A stretch of DNA of 64,000 nt from Octopus vulgaris (taxonomy: Eukaryota). Under the pieces are notes generated by a model. It made no database searches. It worked only from the letters and a program-made list of their open reading frames with translations, and was not told the origin of the DNA. A program made the translations under genes and the position numbers. Within the stretch, counting starts at the first letter, position 1; each line of letters opens with the position of its first letter. This document shows, one piece after another, positions 45,449 through 59,047 of this stretch. The stretch spans positions 35,402,001-35,466,000 of the forward strand of contig OX597836.1 of the NCBI GenBank assembly GCA_951406725.2, read 5' to 3'.

Positions 45449-46500
45449 TTATCTATCTATCTATATTTATATGTGTGTGTGTATGTATCTTTATGCTTTT
45501 GTTTGTCCCCATCACCGCTTGCCAACCGGTGTTGTTTTGTTTACATCTCCCAACTTAACGATTCGGCAACAAGGTTCGATAGATTACGTACCAGGATTCA
45601 AAGAGAAAAGAACGGGGGCCTATTAATTTGACTAAAAGTTCTCCAAGACCGTGCCCCAGCATTGCCGCAGTCTAATTACTGAAACAGATAAATAAAATCA
45701 TCACAGGTACTGTATGCTTTTGGTATGCTGCACAGGTAACACTTTATTTTGAGACTTCTTCTACCTATACTTCATCCTGGCTAAACCCATTTTCTCGCTC
45801 TAGATTCTTCTTCAGATTGAACACTGTTCCTCCTTAGAAGAAGGGTCTGTTATATTTATTGATTGTACTCTGATATCTCTGAAAACTATTGATTGGTTTT
45901 GATTAAATTTCTCTTTAATCGTTTTTCTCCACTGACGCTTTTAATTCCCTTTTCAGGCTAATTAATTTATCTTCGTGTGCTCTTTTTCTACTATCTCTAA
46001 AATATAGTTTTCATTTCATTTTCCCTTTATGCTAGTGAAGAACGTAACCTTTTTTGCCTGTTTATTTGTGATAACCTGTGCCATAATCCTCAAAAGATCT
46101 TTTTAAAATTGCTTTGTTTTTGCTAGTATTTCTCTAGTATCTCCAAATAACACCTTTTTATTTGCTTTGAGAGCATAGAAAACAAGCATTAATTTGCCAA
46201 AATGAAAGGGCTTTATATTGTTGTACATATTCCACCCTGGTTTCGTTAATCATAGTTAACATCAAATTAAATAATTTCTTATCAATGTTATTGAAATGTC
46301 GACTTTCTTTTTCGTGAGTTTCAAAAACGAATCAATCTTTTCTTGAAACATTTTTGTTATTTTTATTCCTCTTTCTTCTTGCTCAGAGAATTATACTACC
46401 GTCTCCACTTTCCGTTCTTAGATTCACAAACACTGCTGAGTACGGCCAGCCTGACTGCAAGTACTGTGCATGTATTTATGTATGCGTATATCTTTCATAA

Positions 46501-47494
46501 GGCGGCGAGCTGGCAGAAACGTTAGCACGCCGGGCGAAATGCGTAGCCGTATTGTGTCTGCCGTTACGTTCTGAGTTCAAATTCCGCCGAGGGCGACTTT
46601 ACCTTTCATCCTTTCGGGGTCGATTAAATAAGTACCAGTTACGCACTGGGGTCGATATAATCGACTTAATCCGTTTGTCTGTCCTTGTTTGTTCTCTCTG
46701 TGTTTAACCCCTTGTAAGTAGTAAAGAAATAGAAATAGGTATTTCGTCTGCCATTACGTTCTGAGTTCAAATTCCGCCGAGGTCGACTTTGCCTTTCATC
46801 CTTTCGGGGTCGATTAAATAAGTACCAGTTACGCACTGGGGGTCGATATAATCGACTTAATCCGTTTGTCTATCCTTGTTTGTTCTCTCTGTGTTTAGCC
46901 CCTTGTGGGTGGTAAAGAAATAGGTATTTCGTGTGCCATTACGTTATGAGTTCAAATTCCGCCGAGGTCGACTTTACCTTTCATCCTTTCGGGGTCGATT
47001 AAATAAGTACCAGTTACGCACTGGGGTCGATATAATCGACTTAATTCGTTTGTCTGTCCTTGTTTGTTCTCTCTGTGTTTAACCCCTTGTGGGTAGTAAA
47101 GAAATAGAAATAGGTATTTTGTCTGCCGTTACGTTCTGAGTTCAAATTCCGCCGAGGTCGACTTTACCTTTCATCCTTTCGGGGTCGATTAAATAAGTAC
47201 CAGTTACGCACTGGGGTCGATATAATCGACTTAATTCGTTTGTATGTCCTTGTTTGTTCTCTCTGTGTTTAACCCCTTGTGGGTAGTAAAGAAATAGAAA
47301 TAGGTATTTTGTCTGCCGTTACGTTCTGAGTTCAAATTCCGCCGAGGTCGACTTTACATTTCGTCCTTTCGGGGTCGATTAAATAAGTACCAGTTACGCA
47401 CTGGGGGTCGATATAATCGACTTAATCCGTTTGTCTGTCATTGTTTGTTCTCTCTGTGTTTAACCCCTTGTGGGTAGTAAAGAAATAGAAATAG
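46501..47494 (+). mobile_element. SINE family A pentamer (one head + five ~190-bp bodies) within one 18-bp TSD
   Basis: GTATGCGTATATCTTTCA at 46480-46497 and 47495-47512. Confidence 0.93.
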
Positions 47495-48727
47495 GTATGC
47501 GTATATCTTTCACTAAAGCGTATTAGGGAACGATATAAACAGCGACGAGATTAATAATAAAAACATGGGTGCTTTATGAACGAAGTCTCATGATATATTT
47601 GTTCTGCATAGTGTTACTTACACTCACTTGTCACTATCACCTTTACAAATGAAATAAACCAGTCACTTCAGTTTTGGAAACCTGTAACCAAAGACGCAAG
47701 TTGGCACGAATTTCTATTCGATATATATTAAGCATAAATATAAAAACATGTTTTGCGTGTTTTTTTGTGTGTATTTGCTGCACGAAGAGACATAGGATAT
47801 ATTTATGAATCTTGTTGGCAACGGATTAACTAATTGAATGATAATTATTCTTGAAACAGCAAAACTTATCAGACATTCTATAATGAAACACTAAACGAAA
47901 ATAAATCATAAAATGAAAATATAACAATAAATAAACAAATAAATAAATGCAAAATCGTAAACAAAATATTTACCTATAAACAACAAATTTCCAAACATTA
48001 AAAATATAAAAAAATGCTTTCTTGTTTTTTTTTTATTTACGGGTTTACATGACGAAGAATTATGATATTTTTGTGAATCTGGTTGGCAACGGATCAACTA
48101 ATTGGAGAATAATTATTTTTGAAGCAGCAAAAATTGTCAGGCGTTGTATATGGAGGAACTGAATGAAAATAAACCATAAAATAAAAATATAACAACAAAT
48201 AAATGAAAAAAAAAATTTAACTACAAACTACATATTTACAAATATTAAAACTATAAGATTTGAGTACATAATTCATAATTTCTCGTGAAGAACGAACCCT
48301 TTTATTTTGAGAAAGGAGAGGATTGATTCGATCAATCCAATCAGAATTACGTTAAAAGGGAAATTTGAAAAGAAGGCAGAATATTTTTATACGTAAACTC
48401 AACCCTGCCTGTATACAAAATCTTAGCAGTGATAATACGATACATGTTCAATAATGCCATGAAATCTTTTAAAAGTAACATTTTTCAGGCAGTTACATGT
48501 CCCATCACCACTTGGCTTTGCAGTCTTACAATATATACAATAACTATCGCCTAGGTGGTATATATTTACAAGCTGTAGAGTACATTGCAATAATGTGATT
48601 TACATTAGTTCCTACCAAATATTCTCGACGGCATACTAACATATAGAAAAGCTAGTCTACATTTCAAAAACAACCAGGTTCAATGAGTTAACAAATGTTA
48701 TGCGGCATTCGTACGGACCTTAATATA

Positions 48728-49288
48728 TTGGGGTTGTCCGGAAAGTTTGTGCCGATTTATAGTAGCTTAACTTTCGACTTATTTTAGAACATTGTTGAGT
48801 CCATAAAATAGGATTTGACTACACCTCCATTTAGAGCACAGTTTAAGCTATCTTTTCGGGGAAGAAGATTTATGTTCCTATAACCTGTGTTAATTCTGTA
48901 AAACTTCAAAATGGAAGACAAGAAAGTTTATTTTCGGCACTTGATGTTTTGTGATCCAGACAAAAATTGCGCAGCTGGGATGTGTTACTCCACCCTCCAT
49001 ATTCACCAGATATTGCTCCTTCGGATTCCCACTTATTCAGGTCTCTGCAGAAGAGTCTTAATGGTAAAAATTTCAATTCCTTGGATGGTGTAAAAAGATA
49101 CATTGATGAATTCTTTGCCAAGAAACCACCTCAATTCTGGGAAGAGGGTATTTTCAAGTGAAAGGAAAGATGGAGATGTATTGTGCAACAAAATGGTTCA
49201 TATTTGGTTGATTAAAAATGTAATGACAAGAATCTATTGACCTTTTTCTTTCCTTTAAAAGTCGGCACGAACTTTCCGGACAACCCAA
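48728..49288 (+). mobile_element. internally deleted mariner element, second copy
   Basis: Same TIRs and TA flanks as 16403-16969; MEDKKVYFRHLM joined to WDVLLHPPYSPDIAPSDSHLF. Confidence 0.95.
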
Positions 49289-49868
49289 TACTTTAGAAAA
49301 TGACAATACCAAGTTTCTATGGAAGTCTATCGTAAAGACATATGACTAGTTAGCATATCATAAGTCAGAGATTACTTTACAGGCCAAATATAACAATAAT
49401 GTTTTAACGATGACTGTAATATTAGTCGGAACTGTTACACATAGTTGGTTAATAATAGTGTAAGTCAAGATCCGGTTGTTACTTCAACCATGAAGCCCAG
49501 TGTAACATGTTTCATGTTCATATGTTTGGCAACTAAACCAGCCAATCCACGCAGCTTACCGAGTGAGAGGAGGATATGTAGATACATAGAAATATCAAAA
49601 AAGGAAACCTATCAAACACCAGCAGAGCTTCGCACATAACAGCCAACGAATAACTATAACGGAATGAGAAAAATATTGACCACCAAGTTATGTAACGATT
49701 GAAACGCCACGCGATGATATTCAGAAACTCAAACGCTATTAAATGTATCACTGATACTTCTCTCTTGACGGAAACTATAAATATGCTAAAGAACCAAGCC
49801 AAATTTTAAGCTGCATAAAAGAACCTCTATAGTTGGAGCTTGGAATGAACGGATGCATAAGCAATCTC

Positions 49869-50287
49869 GGATCTTTTCGGTTTGAACGGCAGTTTTTAAC
49901 ATAATTTCCAGGTAACTAAAAAATTTTAAACTTCGTATACTGGTAGAATGTGTTTACAAAATATCTTTTTCTCTTTGCTTTATTGAGAACCTTCTACAGT
50001 TTGTAAGATATTTGTTGTTGTTTTTTTTTCTTCAATTTCTGCAATTTCAACCAATCAATTGCGTCTATTGAGGTGAAAGCATTCTGTGCCGTATGAATAT
50101 GTCCCTCGTTTAAGAAACAGATTAGGTTTATTTACATTTGTGAAGAAAAAAAAGATACCCTTCACCCACCCCTAACCCTAACCCTAAAACAGATAGAAAT
50201 GCAATAGATCGATACTAGGGTCATAATTATGGGTGACAATTTCATATGACACCGCTAGAAAAAACTGCCGTTCAAACCGAAAGATCC
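49869..50287. mobile_element. 419-bp TIR element (MITE), superfamily unassigned
   Basis: TIRs GGATCTTTTCGGTTTGAACGGCAGTTTTT / AAAAACTGCCGTTCAAACCGAAAGATCC; internal CCCTAACCCTAACCCTAA. Confidence 0.85.
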
Positions 50288-50339
50288 CTTCTCTCTTGAC
50301 GGAAACTATAAATATGCTAAAGAACCAAACCAAGTTTTA

Positions 50340-51570
50340 AGCTGCATAAAAGAACCTCTATAGTTGGAGCTTGGAATGAAGCAATCTCGAATAAAAAATT
50401 ACAATAACTAACTTATGAGATGGAAATGTATCTTCGAATATTGCTGCAACTGATCAAATCAGATGGACTAAATGTGGAGAATTTGTGACAGATGATCATA
50501 AATGTGATTTAGTGGGAATAAAAGCAAACATGAAAATTTTTGTAGGCTTCCAGCAACACACGAAAATACCTTATAGTCAATAATACACTGCGCACCGATT
50601 GCTAGCAGAACATGCGCAGTAACACCGACTGTTAAACCATACATCTTAATTATCCAATTTTTTTGCTCAAACTCGCAATAGCAATGAGGAAAAAAGGAAG
50701 GAATTCTATTCGAAAGTCGATAAACAATTGGCGAGCAAAAGAATGGAAAAAAAAAAGAGAAGGAAAAACAAAAATGATAAAAAATCTAATTCAAGGTGAC
50801 TGGAATACAATAATCCGATCAAATGCTCATGACATTTGAAGAGATGAAACAATCAGTAAATATGGCTTGGAAAAAAAATAACTAACAACGGGGAAACATG
50901 GTTATTAGAATGTTCAAAATAGCACAAACTAATTGTAGCCAGCACAATACATCAGCACAAAGCGTCAGGAACAATAACATGGCAATCACACAAAGGGATA
51001 TGTAATAAACAGATCAATTTTATTCTTCGTTCTCAAAAGATATAAAACGCATTTAAATGGAGCTTAAAACAAGAGCTTTTCGAAATGCGTCAAGGCGCGA
51101 GGCTTATGGTTAGGGCATTCGGCTTATGATCGTAAGGTCCTGGTTTCGATTCCCGATGATGCAATACACTATAGTTTTTATTTTATTTCACGTTGCTCCA
51201 GCTGACAAAAAAATATGTTGTACCTGTATTTCGGCGGAATTTGAACTCAGAACGTAACGGCAGACGAAATACGGCTACGCATTTCGCCCGGCGTGCTAAC
51301 GATTCTGCCAGCCCGCCGCCTTGGCAGAACTCGCCGCCTTGACACCACCTATTAACCAAAGCTATTGAAGAAACATAGAGATGGAGAGAATAATATGAAG
51401 AACCTTACGCCATTAAAACTGATATCGATAGTAATCTGTTAAATCAATTTAGAAAAGTAATTCCCGAAGGCCAGTTATCACTCCTGAAAACGTTTCACAA
51501 GCAATTAGGAAACTAAATATATTAAATTACCTGGAATAGATAACATAAATGCTGAACCATTAACGTATTG
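50340..51570 (+). pseudogene. decayed RTE-clade LINE: APE endonuclease and start of RT linker, interrupted by SINE fragments (~51090-51330)
   Basis: Manual translation gives ordered motifs IVGAWN, IRWTKCGEF, IQGDWN, KLIVASTIHQHK..TWQS..QINFIL, AIRKL..PGIDNINAE, with stops and frameshifts. Confidence 0.8.
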
Positions 51571-51939
51571 AGTTGGTTATGTAAGTGAGGTAATTATTAG
51601 TATTCTACATAGAGAAGGGACAAGTAAATTAACTCAATTATGGTACCAATTGCTGAACTTTGGGATTACGGCGAGGAGGGGTGGTGGAATATCAGCTGGA
51701 GCATATAAATATCACGTCAATATCATCTATCTGAAACAGTATACTACTACCAACACACTAACCATAAACGCCATCATTCATTCTCTCTCTCTCGCGCGCA
51801 CACAGACATTTGCACACTTATTCAATCATATACATGAGGCGTTAAAACGTTTCTGGCTTTAAGGGTGTCGAGAAAGGCCTGACTAGACGCCCGAATTTTC
51901 GAGTTCTTTTACGGGGCATAGAATAACTGAAGAGCGGCT

Positions 51940-52936
51940 ACAAAAAGTCAGAAAACAGCACAGCTGTTTCCGGAAAAATTTTTTTCATGCTAAGAGTTGC
52001 TGAAGTATGGAACAAACTGCCGGCATCAGTTGTTAGTTGTCGGAGCACTGCATCCTTCAAAACTTCCATGCTTCCTGAGATTAGCCAAAACTACACCTGA
52101 TTTTCTCCCCTCCATACACACGCATGCCTGTATCTGACTCATACACTTTTCACTTTCCAGACATTTGTACCTTACTGCATATACTTTATACGCACTTTTT
52201 TGACAAGTTGTGGTGCACCTGAGCCCTGTATACAATAATTTCATTATTATTATTATTATAACACCCGTGGATATGTTTACAAAGTCAGAAAACAGCACAG
52301 CTCCCATGACTTTCGGAAACATTTTTTCACGCTAAGAGTTGCTGAAGTATGGAATAAACTGCTGGCATCAGTTGTTAGTTGTCGGAGCACTGCATCCTTC
52401 AAAACTTCCATGCTTCCTGAGATTCGCCAACACTACACCTAATTTTTCTCCCCTCCATACACACGCAAGCATGTATCTGACTCATACACTTTTCACTTTC
52501 CAGACATTTGTACCTTACTGCATATACTTTATACGCACTTTTGACAAGTTGTGGTGCACCTGAGCACTGTATACACTAATTTCATTATTATTATTATTAT
52601 TATTATTATAACACCCGTGGATATGTTTACAAAGTCAGAAAACAGCACAGCTCCCATGACTTTCGGAAACATTTTTTCACGCTAAGAGTTGCTGAAGCAT
52701 GGAATAAACTGTTGGCATCAGTTGTTAGTTGTCGGAGCACTGCATCCTTCAAAACTTCCTTGCTTCCTGAAATTCGCCAACACTACACCTGATTTTCTCC
52801 CCTCCATACACACGCAAGCCTGTATCTGACTCATACACTCTTCACTTTCCAGACATTTGTACATTACTGAATATGCTTTATATGCACGGTTAACAAGTTG
52901 TGGTGCACCTGAGCACTGTATACAATAATTTCATTA
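51940..52936 (+). mobile_element. three tandem 3' ends of a CR1-clade LINE
   Basis: Units encode TRGYVYKVRKQHSSHDFRKHFFTLRVAE(V/A)WNKL.ASVVSCRSTASFK (CR1 C-terminal motif), then 3' UTR and (ATT)n tail; period 350 bp between units 2 and 3. Confidence 0.88.
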
Positions 52937-53236
52937 TATATATATATATGTGTAGAAGATATGAGAGGAAGATATTCTTTTATCCTTATACTTGTTGCAG
53001 TCGTTTAGACTGAGGTCATGCTGGAGCACCGCTTTAAAGGATTTTTTAGTCGAAGAAACTGAGTCCAGGAATTGTTCTTTGTAAGCCCAGTACCTATTCT
53101 ATCAATCTCTTTGCCGAACCGCTATGGTACGAGGACGTAAACACACCATCATCAGTCGTCAAGCGATATTGGCAGGACAAATATAGACACACACACATAA
53201 ATACATACATACATACAAACAAAATACATACCCCCC

Positions 53237-53300
<64 letters not shown>

Positions 53301-53445
53301 ACCACAGGCATGGTTATGTGGTAAGAAGCTTGCTTCCCAACCACATGGTGCCGGGTTCAGCCCAACTGCGTGGCAGCTTGGCAAGTGTTCTCTGCTATAG
53401 CCTTGGGCTACCCAAAACCTTGTGAGTGGATTTGGTAGACGGAAG

Positions 53446-53535
<90 letters not shown>

Positions 53536-54204
53536 TATTTGTGTGTGTGTTTGGACTCCCACCATCACTTGACAAAAGATACTGGTGTGAATACTTTCCC
53601 CTAAATTGGTGGTTCGGCAAAAGAGACAGATAGAATAAGCACTATGCCTACAAAGCATAAATCCTGGGGTCGATTTCTTCGGCTAAAGGCAGTGCTCCAG
53701 TATGGCCGCGGCCAAATGACTGAGACAAGTAAAAGAATATGTATATATATATATTTGACGGGCTTCTTTTAGTTTCCATTTACCAAATCAACTCACAAGG
53801 CTTTGGTCGGCTGGATGTTATTGTAGAAGACGCTTGCCCATGGTGCCACGCTGTGGGAGTGAACCTGAGGCCATGTAGTCAGAAAGGAAACTTCTTACCA
53901 AACAGTCACTCCTGCACATATTATGTTGAATAATATCAAGACTAAGAGATCCTCCTGTATTTTCTTTTACCCAAAGAATATTTTCAGCGCCTCCTCGTAT
54001 ATGTAAATATATATATGTGTATATATATGCAAATGTATACATATGTTTATATTTGGCTGCATGTTTAGGCATACGTGTACGTGTGTGTATATGTATATAT
54101 ATATATATAAATCAATTTTAGGGTAGCAAAAAATTCAATAGAAATTATTTTGCCACCAGCGGTCTAGTGAGAAATAGGAAATAGTCAAAGACAATGAATA
54201 AATT

Positions 54205-54424
54205 CAACAACAATTGAGGAACGGCTACAATAGGCCGTTCGACCCACTAGAAATAGCAGCCAGGGCTCCAACCGCAAATAGTACTAATTCCGAAATGTAA
54301 GGAAAAATTATGTTTTTTTAATTTTTCCTTACATTTCGGAATTACTACTATTTGCGGTTGGAGCCCTGGCTGCTATTTCTAGTGGGTCGAACGGCCTATT
54401 GTAGCCGTTCCTCAATTGTTGTTG
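54205..54424. repeat. fold-back: 106-bp arms, 8-bp spacer, one mismatch seen
   Basis: 54205-54310 is the reverse complement of 54319-54424. Confidence 0.95.
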
Positions 54425-54474
<50 letters not shown>

Positions 54475-54726
54475 CCATGTATGCGTGTGCATACATTAAC
54501 GAGGCATATTGTAATATAGATCTATTTCAGAACGATCTTATCAATCAGTTTCGCACTGGGAAATAGATAACAACGTATGAGTTAACAGTGCGGTTAAGTA
54601 TGGAACAACACATTGTGTGAAACCAATCGGTAAGATTGGCTGAAATTGATCTCTAATACTTCGTTTAATATAACTCAGTCCATTGATACGTATACGACAC
54701 TCTATCTATCAATCTATGTATATATA

Positions 54727-54804
<78 letters not shown>

Positions 54805-54840
54805 CATGCATATATATATATATAAATATATATATGTATG

Positions 54841-54871
<31 letters not shown>

Positions 54872-55031
54872 GTATGCATACCTACATATATATGGGGTTT
54901 ATACATTGTCGTTCTCTGCTTTGCTGTTTTCGCAGCTTGTCTGGTATGTATGTATACATATATGTATATATGCATGTGTGTGTGTGTATACATATATACA
55001 TATGTATGTATATATATCTAAGTATCTATTT

Positions 55032-55083
<52 letters not shown>

Positions 55084-55116
55084 ATATCTATGTAAGTATC
55101 TATCTCAATAGATATG

Positions 55117-55160
<44 letters not shown>

Positions 55161-55358
55161 CACACAAACATACGTATAAAAAAGGACAAACGAAAAATTC
55201 TATGCCAATATCCTGAAAAAATAGACTTTATATCGTCTAACCATATACAATATTTTTCACTATAAATACACAGCGTGTTGAAACATACATACATGCATAG
55301 ATACATACATATGTATATATACATACATACATATATATGTGTATATATATATACACAC

Positions 55359-55391
<33 letters not shown>

Positions 55392-55394
55392 TGC

Positions 55395-55467
<73 letters not shown>

Positions 55468-55774
55468 TATATATATGTATATACATATGTATATATATAA
55501 TAAATACTCTACCGGTGAAAATAACTTAAAGCTGCTTTGAACTCTCTATATAGTGGAGATTTTTTGTGTAAAAGCTTATTTTTAACTCAACTTATATAGA
55601 ATGAATCTATTGCACTGTCTCACCAGTCGTCTATCTATACACAGTATTAGCTACAAAGACCTCTCAATAAGCGCGATAACAATACAATTCCATCTGACGT
55701 AGTCATGGGGTTATTGAATAATGGTATCAGTCGTTCGACTATTTGTCCCTTTGATGTATGACAAAATAACAACC

Positions 55775-55830
<56 letters not shown>

Positions 55831-56232
55831 TGTAATTTCTACTGGAGTCACTACGCCTCAAATTTGTAGGGTGGGTCGCATGGATTATATCGACCTCAGT
55901 TGTTTCACTGGTACTAAATTTATCGACCCCGAGAGGATGAATGTCAAAGTCGACCTTGGTGGAATATGAACAGAGAATGTAGTGGCGAACGAAATACCTA
56001 TTTCTTTGCTACCCACAAGGGGCTAAACAGAGAGAGGACAAACAAGGACAGGCAAACGGATTAAGTCTATTATGTCGACCCCAGTGCGTAACTGGTACTT
56101 ATTTAATTGACTCCGAAAGGATGAAAGGCAAAGTCGACCTCGGCGGAATTTGAACTCAGAACATAGCGGCCGACGAAATACTGCTAAGCATTTCGCCCGG
56201 CGTGCTAACGATTCTGCCAGCTTGACGCCTGG

Positions 56233-56308
<76 letters not shown>

Positions 56309-56862
56309 TAAACCACCTCCAGTGCTTGGAAATTATCACATCTCACTGTTCTGGAATTTCTCCGTTCAAACTGACAGAAAGAGAGATGGCAATAGTCCAG
56401 ATATTATATTGAAGGAGTTCAGACATAAATCATGCCTCCTTATTGATATGACTGTCACAATCAGCATAAATGTATCTGTCAAGACTTACCAAAAACTGAG
56501 CAAGTATAAAGATCATGAAATACAATACCTATCGTCATAGGTATCCTATGGATGATAGCAAAAGGGGCTGATTCCTACCTAGCTCAGATGCCAGAACACC
56601 CCAAAATGGTAGAAGTTCCAAAGATAGTGCTCATGGGAACTGCCCATATCCTATGTCAATACTGTCTATGTAATCTCAAATTTTAAGACAGACTTTATAA
56701 TTTTCTGTTTTCTTAAACATTCTCTAGAATAATACTATGTGCAAAACCAAATATATGACACCCTAGGAATAACACCAATTGAACTTCAAATCTGTTGTCT
56801 CTTGAGGTCTCTGGGCGAGACTTAGAGACAGCTTGTAAAAATACAAAGCGAAAGTAAAAAAT
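56309..56862 (+). mobile_element. 3' fragment of an R4/Dong-clade non-LTR retrotransposon (restriction-like endonuclease), inside (TAA)n
   Basis: LFWNFSVQTDRK..NSPDII..CLLIDMTV..KLSKYKD then IPIVIG and KIVLMGTAHIL: PD..D..K RLE signature; Dong elements are known to target TAA repeats. Confidence 0.85.
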
Positions 56863-57229
56863 ATGATGATAATAATAATTATTATTATTTCCACTCTAGG
56901 CACAAGGCCTTGAAAAACTTCTTTGGGGAAGGGGGCTAGTCTATTACATTGACCCCAGTGGGTAACTGGTACTTATTTAATCGATCCCGAATGGATGAAA
57001 GGCAAAGTCAACCTCGGCGGAATTTGAACTCAGAACGTAGCGGCAGACGAAATACTGATAAGCATTTCGCCTTGCGTGCTAACGATTGTGCCAGCTCGCA
57101 GTCTTAATAATAATAAACCCCCAAATCTAATCATTTCGTGTTCATGAGACCCAACATCTCTGAAAGTCTCATCCGAATCCATCCAGCGATTCTTGAGATA
57201 TCTTGTCATCGAACAGATAAGCAAACAAA

Positions 57230-57309
<80 letters not shown>

Positions 57310-57322
57310 CATATACAGAGGA

Positions 57323-57622
57323 ATGACCACTAAGTGGACATCCATTATGCTAGAAGTAGATACGCTACGGTCTTACCACTAAGAAAGTAATGTTCTCAAG
57401 ATAATTTAGCAAACGCCAGAACGTAAGCGAGCAAGACAAATGAAAGGATACAAAATATACAGATTACTCCCAAACCAGTTTAATCTGTATATTTTCTATC
57501 TTTTCATGTCTTGCTCGCTTACGTTCTGGCGTTTGCTAAATTTTCTTGAGAACATTCCTTTCTTAGTGGTAAGACAATAGGGGATCGACATCTAGCATAA
57601 TGGATGTCCACTTATAGGTCAT
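57323..57622. repeat. fold-back with ~144-bp imperfect arms
   Basis: ATGACCACTAAGTGGACATCCATTATGCTAGA... versus ...TCTAGCATAATGGATGTCCACTTATAGGTCAT; 14-bp spacer 57467-57480. Confidence 0.92.
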
Positions 57623-58727
57623 CTCTTTTATATGTATGTAATATAATTTTTCTGAATCTTCAGATTTTTCTATATGCTAGACCACTGGTTTTAAATTGAT
57701 ATTAATCAAATTAATATTCAATTTTTTCACCCTTATTAAATATATATATATATATATATAAAATTAATTAAGGGTAGAAATTGATATTTATCAATTAAGA
57801 CCAGTGGTCTAGCATATTAAAAAAGAATCCGAAGATTAAAATATTTATATATACCAATTAAGGACTGAACACGAAAAGTGGACAGTCAACATGCTAGATA
57901 TAGACGTCAATTGATATATATATATATATATATATATATTTACACACGATTTTGAACAAAATGTTTTTCTATCATTATAATTGAACTTTGAATTTCTCTA
58001 CATATACTTGACGGATCAGTCGACGTTAGTACAGATATAATTTGAGAAGTGAACCTAAATATACAAGTAAATAGCTCCTGACACCAGTGAATGGCGTAAT
58101 TTATCACCACCGTTCTATTCTTGTTATTCTATTAAACGCAATACCATAATGAGGTTAGATATTTATCATATTTAACTCTATGTTATGTGATATCTAAATT
58201 AAAATATTGGCTTTCTGCTTACTAGAAGCATCAGATATGGAAGGATGATTGAAATACAATTAAGTCTTTAGAATTCAAATTTAGCTGAGACAGTCTTTAA
58301 GTGCTTGGTAACAACTACCCAAATTACATTACTAGTCAAGAAAATACGATTCGATCATCAAAATAAATTGATATGTGAATTAATATATAATTAGCACCGT
58401 CACATAAACGCACAATTACTGTAGCTATTTTTGCTTGCTGAAGTAGTCTTTTTTTTCTATTTTGTTTTTCGTAAGATACTAGAGTTAGAATATCATGTCT
58501 AGACGATATAATCATTCATCTAACGGTCATAGGATAAACGCTTACATTTCAAATGTCTTAGACATCTTATTGAGTTCTTGTAACATTCTGCCTATCAAGT
58601 ATAAGCTCATCTCATACATACATACATACATACATACATACATACATACATACATACATACATACATACATACATACATACATACATCCAACCATACATA
58701 CATACATACATACATGCATAATAATAA

Positions 58728-59035
58728 TGTTCGTCCTTCGGGTTCGAAGATGACCACTGACACCATCTGGTGGAACTGCCGCTATGAGACCGGAGGTGGC
58801 TGGTGAGGCCAATCCGGGCAAGGAAGCCCCTCCCACAGGTGGGGCAGAAGTGGGTAGGGGCCGTGCTACTGGTGCAGGCGTCTCTAGCTTTCCGCATCTG
58901 GCGTTTCTGCTCTGCTGACCGAATCCGTCCCTCCTCGGCTGTCCCTGCTCCTGTGGTGATTGCACTGCGCCAGGATGAGCGGTCAGCAGCAAGTGTCTCC
59001 CAAGTCTCTGTGCCGATGGAGAAGTCTTTGAGAGA
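58728..59035 (-). mobile_element. RTE-clade LINE 3' end with one C2H2 finger
   Basis: WETLAADRSSWR...CPTCGRGFLARIGLTSHLRSH, short 3' UTR and (ATT)n tail. Confidence 0.85.
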
Positions 59036-59047
59036 TACATACATACA

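Noticed and set aside
49525-49580. Possible HDV-like ribozyme (TCCACGC loop) upstream of the decayed RTE ORF
   Set aside because: Could not assemble the P1/P1.1/P2/P3 helices convincingly.
50169-50187. (CCCTAA)3 as an interstitial telomere
   Set aside because: Only three units and internal to a TIR element.
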